From Minutocellus sp. GHC0000111 (taxonomy: Eukaryota), in assembly GCA_977018835.1 (NCBI GenBank), contig OZ361258.1:3658001-3722000 (forward strand): 64,000 nucleotides of DNA. The letters run 5' to 3'. How positions within the stretch are numbered: the first letter of the stretch is position 1; each line of letters opens with the position of its first letter. The notes under the pieces were generated by a model. It did not search any database. It saw only the letters and a program-made list of their open reading frames with translations, and was not told where the DNA came from. Below, in pieces: positions 1 through 11,322 of the stretch. The position numbers and the translations under genes are program-made.

Positions 1-3000
1 CTGCAGCAACGAGACCTATGCGATAGTGGATGCTTGCCCATTCCATTTTCTCCCCGATTTTATGGTCGACAATATTATTTCCAGCGACGATGCCGTCTCC
101 TTGGTTTCCCTCAGCCGTAAATGGATTTTGTTGGCCTCGGTTCTGTCGCTCGAGCACATCGAAAGCCGCCTTCAAACACTCTTGTGCATCGTCGAAGCGG
201 CGCTTTCTGACATACGTGTTCCCAAGCAGAGTGAGAAGAGGAATGGGCGTGAAGTCATGGGGAAGATCACTTGAGTTGTCGGCAAGAAAAGCATCGTAGA
301 CTCGTCTGGCTTCTTCATAGTCGGCGATGGCTTCATCGTACGCTTTTTGACGGAAAGATAGACGACCCAATGCGATAAGGTCATGGAAAAGGGGAGCGAG
401 CACGCTTGGCGCTTCTACTGCAAGGCCCCCCTTTGCGAGCCCGACAAGAAAATCTTTGCTTAGAGGCGTGTCCGGTGACGATGGGAAGGACGACGCAGCA
501 CCCTGGATGGCGGGATTACTGGCAGAATTAGCGGAACCATCGCCTCTGGCCATATTCAAGAGGGCTCGACGGCGATTCGTAACTGCCTCCTGGAAGCATT
601 CTCTGGCATTCTTCTCGGCAAGGGCTCGGTCCGAAACAAGCAAGTCCGTTCCAGAACTGGTGAATGGAGACTCATATTCGATCTTGGCACCAGTCTGAGC
701 AAGAAGGGTAACCTCGCTATGCCCATGCCACCTCGCCGCAAGCTCGGCTGACTTTTCAATCAACATATTCCCCATGGTCGAATGTAGATCGGTTCGCAAG
801 GCAGTGGCCTCACAGGCGCACGATTCCTTATCGCAATGGCACTCGGCTAGTGCATCTTGGAAGCACCTCTCGGCATCATTCCAACGCTTCAACTCAGTCA
901 AGACTTTGCCCAAACATCGGAGGGAGTTGGCTAAATCGTCGTCGACGCATTGCTCGGGAGACGCAACGCCGCTTTCAGCAGCCGCCGCAGCCAGCTTTGC
1001 CTTGTTCTTCTTCGTGATGCGAACGCATTCGTTGTAACATCTCAGGGCCTCCCTCCAATTCTGCATCTCCACATGGATGGTGCCGAGATTGTGCAGCGTG
1101 TTGCAAACTACAATGTGATGCTTGCCAACATGCTTGGTGTACAGCGACAGACTCTCCTTGTAAGCCATCAGAGCGCGATCAAAGTCTTTCTGCTTCACAT
1201 CGTGACAATAACCCAGGCAGGTGAGCGAATCAGCGAGATAGAGCTCGACTGAAACCATGGTATCGCGGAAGAAGAAGATCCGTCGATCTCGATCCTGCTC
1301 CCAGAGTTTTCGGGCCTTGGACTTCCCCGACGGAGAGCTATCGACGCGTGGCCCTCCGTCCTGGGTGAACCTACTCTTCCTAGCCGAAGATTCACCTGCC
1401 TTGAGCATTTCCGATGCCGAGCGGTATGCCTTTAGCGAATTGATGTAGTTGCTTACTTCGATGGATGCCACATCGGGGTGAGAAATTTCGTCTTGATCCA
1501 TGACGGCAGCTTCGATGTACTCCTGCTGACTCCGACCAAGCCTCACTCCAAGATGGTGGAGTGAACGGCCAACCTCGAGACAGAAAGACATGACCATAGC
1601 ATTGTATGGGCGGCGTTGATTCCTCTTTGCCTCGCTCGCCCTGTCCCTACGCCGCCGACTCGCTTCATCGGCACCCGTACCAACTATTGATGCAACTCGT
1701 TCACCATCGACCCGATCCAAGAGAGCATCCATACCTGCAACAAGAGCACCCGATATAATCTTGTGAAAATTCTCGTCGATGGTCTTTGCGTTGCTCTGTG
1801 AATCCGCCGATATCACTGCCGATTGCGACAGGACATTGTAGGACTCCCAGTCAGCAAGATGGAACATCGTAGCATAGTACGGACCGAGAACATTGACTCT
1901 GGCCTGGAAGAAGCGGGGATCCGAAAGGACCTGGTGCTGCTTCCTGCCTCTCCCTCGTCCCTGGTCAGATTTTGCTGCTGCTCCTGATGCCGTAGAAGCA
2001 ACCGTTGCTCGTCGTAAGAATATAGGCAAATAGCGGACGGCATAGGCTTCTGGTAGATTCACCTCAAGGTCCTTGGGGGCCAGCGTTGAAAGGTTCGAAT
2101 CATACCGATTCACGGCACTCGTTCCCCCATCAACACCGCCGAGCTGCAAAATATTACGCTGAAGCACCGACTCAGCAAAAACTTCCTCCCAAACAGTGCC
2201 CCGATAGGAATTTCGGATGCTACCACCCTCACTGGAGAGAAAATGCCGACCGATGCCACATCGAAGTCGGACCTCCTCTTCTTCGGCCATATTCTTCTTC
2301 TTGCTGCGATCGCCCGACGCCCCTTCCTTGTCATTCTTCTCACTGCTGCCACCGCCATCACCATCGTCATCGGCCATGCGACCGTACAAAATCTTCTCAA
2401 TGTCGGTCCGATTCTCACTGTCAAAGTCGATCGCCCCCTTCCGTCGACGTTGACGCGTAGTGGCACGGCTGTACGCATCGTCATCGTCCATGACGGTACC
2501 ATCACCCCCGGCACCGCCCCCCTGCATCCGTTGGCGTTCCAGTATCTGCGATGCCGCCTCCTCACCAGTACCACCGCCTGCACCTTCCTCCCGTCCTTGC
2601 TGATCATTCCCCGTAACGACGGATCCCACCGAGTAACGTCGAAAGGCATTGAATTCGGGCGACAGCAGCGCTCGCAAAACCTTTTGCGTCATTCGTTTCC
2701 GTCGTCGTTCGGTATCTTCCGGCCTGGGCGGCGGCGGCGGCGGACCGGACGATTGCAAGTTGCGCTTCCGGCGCTGCACCATCACCGCCTCCATTCGTTT
2801 TTTTATTACCGCTGATACGAGTCCCTCGACGACCGACAGTGGCACGTACGGATTGACGGATATGTCCACGGGAAGGTCATTGATATCGAATGGGGGTATT
2901 GCTGTTGCTGCTGTTTCATCATTACCTCCATCACCAGCTCCAACTTGATCATCATCATCATCGTTCCGCCGCCGACGCTTGGACGTGCCACCAGCAGCCT

Positions 3001-4417
3001 CCCCCGGCCGACCATGGAACACCGTCACGTAGGCCCCCAAACAATCCACCAGAATCGATCGGAACGCTTGTACCTTGTGCTTGGTGCGCACGTCGTCGTC
3101 CCGGGTGGTGTACACCGTGGCCGAACCGGCAATGGTGGAGGCGGCGTCGGTGCTGCCCAGGGCCGCCGCGGGATCCACCGGAAGCGAAAGGGTCGGTGCA
3201 CTGGATGTGGCATCGTCGTTGTCGCTGTTGTCCATTTCGTCGTCAAGATCGAACCACTCGTCGTCGGATTCGGAATGCACCGACCCGTCGCCACCTCCAT
3301 CATCAGCTCCATCTTTGCCTTGATCACCATCGCCACCAACATCATTGTCACCGTCGTCGTCATCCTCCGTCCCACTATTGCCATTGCCACCCCGACCGCC
3401 GTACGACCAGTACGCCCGGGCGGCCGACCAGATCCGCTCCTCCCACTTGTCCTCCTCTTCGATGGCCTCGGCCGATTCGAACTGCGTCGGCTGCTGCTGT
3501 GGCTGCTTCTTCGGCGGTTGTTTTTGTTGCTGCCGCCTTGCATCCCCGGCCTGTGCTCCATCTGGCTCCTCCTCCTCATCTTCTTGATCGTCGCCGAGGG
3601 ATTGGTAGTATGGATCCTCACATCCGTCGTCATCGAACACGTTCGAAGCCATGGAGGCATCGTCGTCGTCATCGGCAGCACCGCCACCGACCGCCTGCTT
3701 CGTTGCGCCGTCGGCCTTGTCGCCTGCCTTGCCTGCATCTGCTCCTGCACCCTCCTTCTCCTCTTCCTTGGCAGCGGCCAACCCCGGCACCAGCTCCATC
3801 AGCACCGACGCCATGTCGGCCGCCGCGACGCTGGCGCTGTGGACGCTGCCGGCCATGCCGCTGTGCACACTGGCAGCACCGCTGTGGGCGCTGTGAAAAC
3901 TGCGGGCGCTGGCCGCGCCGCTGGCAATGCTGGCGGCACCGCTGGCGCTGGCATGGCTGTGCGCGCGCGAGGGGGCGGAGGTGCCCGTGAGAGCGGAGAC
4001 GTGGCTGCGGTTGTCGGACGGCTGCGGCGGACTGACGGCACCGATGGAAGAAGATTGGCGGAGATACCCGTCGAGATCGTTGGGGTTGCGCTGATTGGCA
4101 TTGTTGTTGGTGGAGTTATTGGTGGTGGAGGGAGGTTGGTCGGCTACCGCGGCCGCCAGTGCCTGGTCTGTGTCGTCGTGATCGTCATTATTATCGTCGC
4201 CGTCATGGTGGGATTGCGCACTGTCGTCATCGTTGTTGCTGCTGTTGTTGGGGAGCCACCCCCCGTTGCGCAGTTCTTGGATCCACCACGCACCCTCGGG
4301 TATTGGCCGTGCCGATGGGTTGGTGCCGTCGTCGTCGTCGTCGGCTGCCGTCATGATGGGAGAGCGGCGGCGTGGTGGGGACGGGATCTTTCGAGAAAAA
4401 TGAGGGTGGGCGGTCAT
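1..4417 (-). CDS. Large TPR-repeat (kinesin-light-chain-like TPR) protein with a long low-complexity N-terminus; 3' end lies outside the window
   Basis: One minus-strand frame appears open from ATG 4417 (or 4354) to the window edge, so the ORF track omits it for lack of a stop. Manual translation gives TPR-like helices, e.g. LADSLTCLGYCHDVKQKDFDRALMAYKESLSLYTKHVGKHHIVVCNTLHNLGTIHVEMQNWREALRCYNECVRI. Confidence 0.8.
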   Translation of the reverse strand, partial: MTAHPHFSRKIPSPPRRRSPIMTAADDDDDGTNPSARPIPEGAWWIQELRNGGWLPNNSSNNDDDSAQSHHDGDDNNDDHDDTDQALAAAVADQPPSTTNNSTNNNANQRNPNDLDGYLRQSSSIGAVSPPQPSDNRSHVSALTGTSAPSRAHSHASASGAASIASGAASARSFHSAHSGAASVHSGMAGSVHSASVAAADMASVLMELVPGLAAAKEEEKEGAGADAGKAGDKADGATKQAVGGGAADDDDDASMASNVFDDDGCEDPYYQSLGDDQEDEEEEPDGAQAGDARRQQQKQPPKKQPQQQPTQFESAEAIEEEDKWEERIWSAARAYWSYGGRGGNGNSGTEDDDDGDNDVGGDGDQGKDGADDGGGDGSVHSESDDEWFDLDDEMDNSDNDDATSSAPTLSLPVDPAAALGSTDAASTIAGSATVYTTRDDDVRTKHKVQAFRSILVDCLGAYVTVFHGRPGEAAGGTSKRRRRNDDDDDQVGAGDGGNDETAATAIPPFDINDLPVDISVNPYVPLSVVEGLVSAVIKKRMEAVMVQRRKRNLQSSGPPPPPPRPEDTERRRKRMTQKVLRALLSPEFNAFRRYSVGSVVTGNDQQGREEGAGGGTGEEAASQILERQRMQGGGAGGDGTVMDDDDAYSRATTRQRRRKGAIDFDSENRTDIEKILYGRMADDDGDGGGSSEKNDKEGASGDRSKKKNMAEEEEVRLRCGIGRHFLSSEGGSIRNSYRGTVWEEVFAESVLQRNILQLGGVDGGTSAVNRYDSNLSTLAPKDLEVNLPEAYAVRYLPIFLRRATVASTASGAAAKSDQGRGRGRKQHQVLSDPRFFQARVNVLGPYYATMFHLADWESYNVLSQSAVISADSQSNAKTIDENFHKIISGALVAGMDALLDRVDGERVASIVGTGADEASRRRRDRASEAKRNQRRPYNAMVMSFCLEVGRSLHHLGVRLGRSQQEYIEAAVMDQDEISHPDVASIEVSNYINSLKAYRSASEMLKAGESSARKSRFTQDGGPRVDSSPSGKSKARKLWEQDRDRRIFFFRDTMVSVELYLADSLTCLGYCHDVKQKDFDRALMAYKESLSLYTKHVGKHHIVVCNTLHNLGTIHVEMQNWREALRCYNECVRITKKNKAKLAAAAAESGVASPEQCVDDDLANSLRCLGKVLTELKRWNDAERCFQDALAECHCDKESCACEATALRTDLHSTMGNMLIEKSAELAARWHGHSEVTLLAQTGAKIEYESPFTSSGTDLLVSDRALAEKNARECFQEAVTNRRRALLNMARGDGSANSASNPAIQGAASSFPSSPDTPLSKDFLVGLAKGGLAVEAPSVLAPLFHDLIALGRLSFRQKAYDEAIADYEEARRVYDAFLADNSSDLPHDFTPIPLLTLLGNTYVRKRRFDDAQECLKAAFDVLERQNRGQQNPFTAEGNQGDGIVAGNNIVDHKIGEKMEWASIHYRIGLVAA

Positions 4418-4774
4418 GGCATGGCGGGCGAAGCAAGAGGGTCATTTGAGGTAATAGCCGTACCTAGGTACAGCCGTACGTACGTAATTGGGGACCGATG
4501 ACCCTGAAAATGGAAAGCAGTTTTGAAGCAGACTCATCATCCATCCTCCTTTGAGCTCCCAGGTTTCCACCTGTCGGAGCAGTTTGGCTTTCATCGATTT
4601 CTTCGTCAGTCAATCTTCTTACGAATGACTGTGTGAGCCGTTTAGATGATTCTTTGCTTGCTTTTTCGATCTAAAATGGTTGCCTGTTGGTGAACAGTTG
4701 GGAGAGACTTGAGCGACTCGAGGTCGGTCGCGTGGTTGCACACACGCGCACGTGACTTGACGATCTGTTGACGG

Positions 4775-4992
4775 CTTAGTGGTTTGATTTTCCCCGGGAA
4801 CTCCCCCGAATTTCCCTGGGGAACGTGTTTTTCCTGCCTTCAAAACTGCCATTTTCCCCTGTTTTCCCCTAATTTCCCCTCTGTTTTCCCGTGTTTTCCC
4901 CTAATTTCCCCTCTGTTTTCCCGTGTTTTCCCCACTTTCCTTTCCATTTTGGGCCTCCAAAGGGGAAGAGGGAAAGGGAATTTCAAACTAAG
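4775..4992. mobile_element. 218-bp non-autonomous DNA transposon (MITE, hAT-like)
   Basis: 8-bp direct repeat GTTGACGG at 4767-4774 and 4993-5000. Imperfect TIRs: CTTAGTGGTTTGATTTTCCC vs reverse complement CTTAGTTTGAAATTCCC. Internal 32-bp tandem repeat. Confidence 0.75.
4861..4934 (+). repeat. 32-bp tandem repeat (about 2.3 copies) inside the MITE
   Basis: GTTTTCCCCTAATTTCCCCTCTGTTTTCCCGT at 4861-4892 and 4893-4924, plus a partial third copy. Confidence 0.9.
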
Positions 4993-5643
4993 GTTGACGG
5001 CATTGTTGCGGCCGGGGGACGACGACGATGGTGGTCTTGGTTTTGTTTCTTGGACGTTGTGCTTCTTCTTGCTTTTTTCGCCGATGACCAACTCCGCCGA
5101 CACGACGAGTTCCGAGGCAAGCGATCGCCTCAGAACAGCGCAGGTGCGCTTTTGCAGAAGTCTCGAAGAATCAATGAAGAACACTTGTGTCATGTTCGGG
5201 CACAGACAGCTCCTCCTACAAGTGTGGATTCGAACACGACGGGGGATTTGTGGTCGCAGCAGGAGGCTCTCTTGGACCAGGTGAAGCAGCTGTACATGGA
5301 GAAGCTGCGGGCCCTCATCGCAAAGTCACCGGCCGCCCTCCAAGAAAGCGCCAGCAACGGTGACAACGTCTTCTCCGTGGAAAAGCAGAAGGAATGGGAG
5401 ACGAACCCTGCTGCTTCAAAACTTCACTCATTAGCACTCGAAACAAAACATCCAAACATTCCAACAGTGCAAATGCCTAAAACTGAGCTGGAACCAAGCA
5501 AGAACGCAAGCACGAAGATGGCCGCCCGCCCATGGGTATCGAGGCCAGAGCGGCATTTGACGATACAAGCACGTACAACAACTCGGAGCCACGAATAGAC
5601 GCAGCAAATAATCCCCTCATACTCGCACACAAAAATAATAACC

Positions 5644-6396
5644 ATGGCAACGGTGGGATCAAACGGACCCGCCTGGGCCAACGCCTCCTCGCATTCCAGC
5701 ACATCCCGGAGCGTCCAAGAGGAACTCAACGCCAACGATGCGGAGAACGACCCCAACGCCTTCCTTGCCAAACCGTACAGCACCCTCGACGAGCCCATCA
5801 GCGAAACCATCATGCGCGACGTTCGAGCCGTTGCCGTGAAATTACGGGTGGTCCTACTGCCCCTCGACCGCAACACACACTTTGGTTACTCCGGCCTATC
5901 GGTCACCGATACCACCGACGACGTTACCGCGGGAGAGAACCAAAAGCAGGTCATTGACAAGCTCAAGGAATGGGATCTGTGGGGACCGCTATTTGTTTGC
6001 CTCGCGCTTAGCGTCATTCTGAGCTTTAGGGCTCCGGCCCACCAGGCCAGTGCGGTATTCGGTGCGGTGTTCGTGGCGGTATGGGTCGGGTCGGCGGTGG
6101 TGACGGTAAACGCACAGCTGCTGGGGTCCAACCTATCCTTCTTCCAGTCCGTATGCGTGTTGGGATACTGCGTCTTCCCACTCATGTTGGCGGCATTGTT
6201 AATATCGACGCTGCACTTGACCCCGTTGGGTGTGGTCTGGGTCGATATCATTTGGATCACCGTCGCATTTATCTGGGCATGTCGGGCCAGCGCCGTCTTC
6301 ATCGGGCAGATCATACCAAAGGAGCGACGATTCTTGGCCATCTATCCCGTATTCTTCTTCTATACATTTTTGGGGTGGTTGATTCTGTTGTTCTAG
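5644..6396 (+). CDS. Yip1-domain Golgi/ER membrane protein (YIPF6/Yip4-like)
   Basis: YSTLDEPISETIMRD, WDLWGPL and SFFQSVCVLGYCVFP motifs; five hydrophobic segments. Confidence 0.9.
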   Translation: MATVGSNGPAWANASSHSSTSRSVQEELNANDAENDPNAFLAKPYSTLDEPISETIMRDVRAVAVKLRVVLLPLDRNTHFGYSGLSVTDTTDDVTAGENQKQVIDKLKEWDLWGPLFVCLALSVILSFRAPAHQASAVFGAVFVAVWVGSAVVTVNAQLLGSNLSFFQSVCVLGYCVFPLMLAALLISTLHLTPLGVVWVDIIWITVAFIWACRASAVFIGQIIPKERRFLAIYPVFFFYTFLGWLILLF

Positions 6397-6984
6397 ATGT
6401 TTGGGCACCAAGAATAATGATACTGTGGGACTCGAATGAATAGAGCGGAACGGGTGGTCCGCTGTCTTGGACTGATTCATCCATCCGGATTGAATGTCGA
6501 ATGTTTCAAGGGCAATCTCAGTGGCCTCCCCCGCGGTTATCCTTTACTAGATAGGAATTCCTAGATTTGTGTATTTGCTCAAAAGTTGTAGGAGACGGGT
6601 CTACATGTCATGTTACCCACCGGTACTCTCTCCTTACTCAACAAATCTACAAACAACTTCAGATAACCCGCGGTTGGCCTTCCACTCCTCGAAAAGTCGC
6701 CCTAACTGGCGAAGATAAACAAGACGACGGTGCGGTGGTCATCAACGCAACGTCGAGGGCTCAAATGACGCGAATTATCGGCAGCGCTATGCCTTCTCTA
6801 ATGGGAAGAGCTGGGCGATATCGTCATGATGAGAATGAAACAAATTATTGCTTTATTCGGATTCCGTGGCTTGTGGGTCTCCTCCTCCGGGTCCCCCAGC
6901 TGAATTCTTCCCCGCCACAAAACCAACGCAACGATGAGCATGCCCCCTGGTCCACCCCATCAACCGTCCTCGGCGGCGCGGAAC

Positions 6985-8854
6985 ATGCTTTCACTGGCGC
7001 TTTTTGCCGCGTCTATATCCTCAGTGCACGCGTTTTCACCGCAAGCAACAGCGTCGTTCTCCAGCCGATCACGACGTGCATCTATCACCGCCGCTCCTCC
7101 TCGTGGAGCCGGAGGCTCGATTTGTCAAACGTCAGTGAAAGCCGATGACGCAGGTAGAGACGAACTGGCGCCTAAACCAAGTGCCGTCAGCGATGTGGGG
7201 CTAGTAAATGCCACTAATGTTGGTTCCTCCGTGAAAGAGCTGGTCGACGAACTATCCGATCCGGAGGCCGAGAAAAGAAGCACAAGGGCACGACGGGCAC
7301 AAATCGACATCAATTGATGAAGATGATGATGACGAGGAATACGACTTCTCAACACCAAGTCGGCCGAGGATACGACACGACAAGATGAATGGCAGAAGAA
7401 AACGTACCGCCGATGACTTGTTCGATGATGACTTTGAAGACGACGATGACTTCTTTGACGATGACGAAGATGACTACTACGACCGACGAAGGAAAAGTGC
7501 TTCTCGGCCATTGAGCAACAAGAAGAAGTCCAACCGAAGGAGAAGGCTCTTTGATGATGATGACGATGATTACGAAGATGATTATTACGGGGATGAAGAC
7601 TACGGTCGTACTGCCGACAAACCAAAAGAAAAGAGACGATACGGCGAGTACGTCACCTATTTCCAGGAGGACTTTGTCGAAGAAGATCCCAACCAGGCCT
7701 GGGAGTGGGAGACTACCCGGTCCGGCCGGGCGTCGGTACTGCTCCCACCGCTCCCCGATGATGCTCCTGCCAACAGTGCCGCACCAACCCCCCAAAGCAT
7801 CATTCACTTTATTGGCGGTGCTATAGTTGGTTCGTATCCTACCCAATTCTATTCCGATTTGCTCCTGCCTCTGGCTCAGCAGACCAATTCCGTGGTGGTG
7901 GCAACCAATGTGCCGGTAACGGTGGATCGGAACCCATTGGACCACTATGCCCTTTCAGATACAATTTACGAGGCGCTAGAAGAGGCATACGAAGACGTGC
8001 TTTGTGACGAGTTTGATTTTGATAAGTTGAAGGACGTTCCCCTGGTGGGTGTTGGGCACAGTTTGGGATCGAGGCTGCATGTGGTGATGAATACCGACGA
8101 CGAGGACATGGTCAGAAGAATGGAAAAGCGAATTCCCAACAAGAGGGTTGGCAATGTCTTCATGGGCTTTAACAATTATGGCGCCAGCTCGGCGGTTCCA
8201 GGTGTAAAGACGCTTCGAAAGGGTGTCAAGGAAAGCGAGAAATATCGGCAACAGAAGCGGAAAAGCAGTCGGCGCCGCAATGCAAGACGAGATAGATACT
8301 CGTACGATGACGACTTCGAAGACGATGATTACTACGATGATGACGACTCCACCATCCAAGAGGACTTGGAAGAAATCTTCGGGCTTGCCATGGCTTCCGT
8401 GAAATCAAGGCTCACCCCGCGCGAATTGGGAGAGAATCTGGAGTTTGAACCGACTCCCGACGAGCTGTGGTCCTCTATCAGCAGCGGCTTGTACGCAAAG
8501 AGGATCAAGAATACACTGATTGTGCAATTCGACAGAGATCGCATATGCCAAGGCTCTCGTTTGGCCCGGGCATTATCAGAGGACGCTGCCGAGTCCAGCG
8601 GCAGCAACATTAAATTCGCCAGATTGGAGGGAGCTCACTTGACGCCGTCTTCATCGTACAAGTCGAACGGTCTCAGCTTATCAAAGATTGTTGGATTTAC
8701 CCAAGCTAGCCTCTCATTTGATGCAATGGCCAAGGAGATTGCGCGAGAACGCAAGGAGGACAAGAAAGCATCCAAGAAGGTCCTTGAGGACAAAGCTCAC
8801 GAAATGGAGGCATTGGTTAAGACCCTAACAAGGTTTGTAAAGGAAGTAAGATAA
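6985..8854 (+). CDS. Plastid-targeted DUF1350-like alpha/beta hydrolase; one +1 frameshift at about 7314
   Basis: Signal peptide plus VHA-FSP motif from ATG 6985. IIHFIGGAIVGSYP and GVGHSLG nucleophile elbow. Removing one T in CAATTGAT joins ORF 6934-7317 to ORF 7385-8854. Confidence 0.75.
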
Positions 8855-8916
8855 GAGAAGAAAGATTATTACATGTATTGACTCTATTTTTGGACATAAA
8901 CTGCAGTTACATATAA

Positions 8917-11033
8917 TCAAATGAACACACCGGTTGCCCCAGCTATAGGCACCAGCAGGAACAAGTTTGTCATTAGATCGCGTATCGACCCGGCAGATGT
9001 AGTGTCTCCTGATTCATCATTGATTTCCTCACTTCCGCCATCATCACTTGATTCGCCATCGGATTCAGGCTCATCGCCAAAGTAGGTCCAACGCTCGCAC
9101 AGCTTGACGCACTCTTCAATCCCAGCGCCCTTCAGACACTCGATCAAGGCATTGTACTTGTCATGGTTGATGGTGCTTGGGTTGAAATCTGCAGTGACCG
9201 ACGGCAAGGTTGGGGTTGGTGCAAAGATTTCCTGGCAGTAATGGACACTTGTTGGCGAACTTTTGGTATACATGAATCCGTAGTCTGCGGCTACTGGAAC
9301 CGAAAAGTTGTTTGGATTGACGCCCATAATACCGTGGCCGCCGGCAAGATATCCATTATCATCCGGCACGAGCTGGTTGGTATGGCCATGCCCATCAAAA
9401 TAAATGATCCTCGATCCAAAGTGCGAACATCCTGGCAAATCGAGGAGCAATTCCCGAGCTCTTGGCGTTACAACTTGACCTCCGTATGGGAGTACCCAGG
9501 ACTGTATTGTTTCATCACCGTTCCAGTGACCGATGAGTAGGATCGTTTCATCCTTGTTCACATTCTCCTCGAAGAATGCACACGCTTCGGTGAAGTAGGG
9601 CAGTAGCTCCTCAGCCGAATACCCGCCATTGAAGAATAGCAGACCAAAGCCACCAAGCTTGTACCAGCCGATACTGTTCTTGATGGAGGAAGTTGCCTCA
9701 ATTGACTGATATTTGGTGCCACTTCCAGCGGGTGGATCGTCGGGATTGATACTGTAATCGAAGTAGGTACCATTGTCGGCACTTACAACGGAGTCAATGC
9801 CAAGGTACTGTAAACTATACTGCAATGGATCGTAGACCACGCCGTCATCAGGGGCACCGCCTGTCCAGATGTCGTGATTGCCAAGGATGTAGACCAACGG
9901 CTTACTCATGGCCTTGGTAGATAGACGCTTCCAAAAGGATGTAGTAATGGTGCCATCCGAGTCGTAGAAGTTATCTCCCAACATAATGAAGCAATCAAAT
10001 CCTCCATCGTCGACATCTGCCTCCGCCAGAGCATTCAACATTTCCACCGACTTGGAATAAGCATCGAAATACTTGCCGAATGAACACCCCACAAACTTGG
10101 AGCTGATGCAAGGGTCACCCCAAATCACACACTTTGCCGGCTCGTTATCTTCGGCGATACGAACATTGAACTCGGTCCCATCGACTTCAAAGGGGTTGTC
10201 CAATCCGGGCACAACCTTAACAATTGCCGTGTGAATGTACGACTTGCCATACTTTTTAGTAGTCGTCCAGCCCTTGAGCATGGCCAATTCGCCCTTGTCT
10301 ACCGGCTTGTTCTCTCGAACTTATCCAACAATAGGGCGTCATTCATGTCGGGGGCATCATCCGCCATAAGATCTTCCATCTCCATTGCATCGATGCATTG
10401 GTCACACTCTCGAAACAGCTCGCAGATGCACTCATTGGTCGTTTGGTTGTAGTACTGGGAAAAGTAGGTGCATTCCTCGTTGCTTTGACAATCAAACAGA
10501 CACTGCGAATCCGGCGCTGGACTCTCGGCATGGCCACCCCACGTGTAATTGTAGGATTCGATGAGAGAATTGCCGTTGGGATCGGCGACGCATCGGGCGT
10601 TGGCCGTGCCGGTGTCAAATTGGGCCGTCCAGCGGTACTTGAATGGTGCCGAGGTGTCCCACGATAGCACCTCGTCTTCCACGGCACTACTATCAGCCAT
10701 GGGCCTTCGAACGAATGCAGGCGGGTCGAGGGATGTGCTCACAATGGAGATGCGGACGGCGTCGTATCCATGTGAGGCATGCGCTTTGCTCACACGTAGA
10801 TCGATGGGACTTACTGGTGGATCGATGGCCGAGCTGCACTTATCATTGCTGGCCTGTGCCTTGCGACGTCGTTGTTCATCTGCCTCTTGGAACGATGTGT
10901 GATAGTCATGCTCAAAGTGTCCGAGAGGCGGGCGTTCCACGAGGCGAGGATCGGCCAGGACAACGCAGAGCAGGTGGGCAATGACTGCCGCGGCAAAGAT
11001 AATACTCATCGGGCGATAAGAAGCGACGATCAT
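8917..11033 (-). CDS. Secreted, probably GPI-anchored calcineurin-like metallophosphoesterase with a Cys-rich PAN/apple-like segment; 2-bp frameshift at about 10312
   Basis: N-terminal signal peptide; motifs WGDP, LGDNFY, LGNHD, IGHW and DGHGH; hydrophobic C-terminal tail after a Ser/Gly/acidic spacer. Removing one AG from GAGAGAAC joins the two ORFs (KFENKPVDKGELAMLKG). Confidence 0.75.
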
Positions 11034-11322
11034 GGTGATGCCAAGCTACTTTGGATGGATTGTGTTATGCTGTTCCTCATGTGGAGAGGCAGCCATCTTG
11101 GCGCCCGGCAAGTTGGGGAAAATCTAATCACCCCGAAACACTCTTTGGAGTCTTATCATATTAGGAACCCGGAACTTGAGCTCAGGGAAGCCGATGATGT
11201 GGCGGCCCTCGCCAGCAACACAAGAACGCGGCGCCGACCAAAAAGACAAGGACCAGCATCGCCTGCTTGCTTCCTGCCCCGTCCTTCATTGTTGAAGTTT
11301 TGCACACCAAAAGGACCCAACC

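Noticed and set aside
2945..4501. 518-aa plus-strand ORF (also 2890-3990 and 2243-2815)
   Set aside because: Antisense shadows of the long minus-strand TPR gene
4891..5598. 235-aa ORF upstream of the Yip1 gene
   Set aside because: Its 5' part derives from the MITE, and the rest has no recognisable motif; a short gene from ATG 5193 cannot be excluded
7315..7317. TGA as possible selenocysteine in the DUF1350-like gene
   Set aside because: The downstream ORF is in a different frame and there is no redox motif
10288..10301. Possible TAG read-through between the two metallophosphoesterase ORFs
   Set aside because: The ORFs are not in the same frame; a 2-bp AG insertion explains the break
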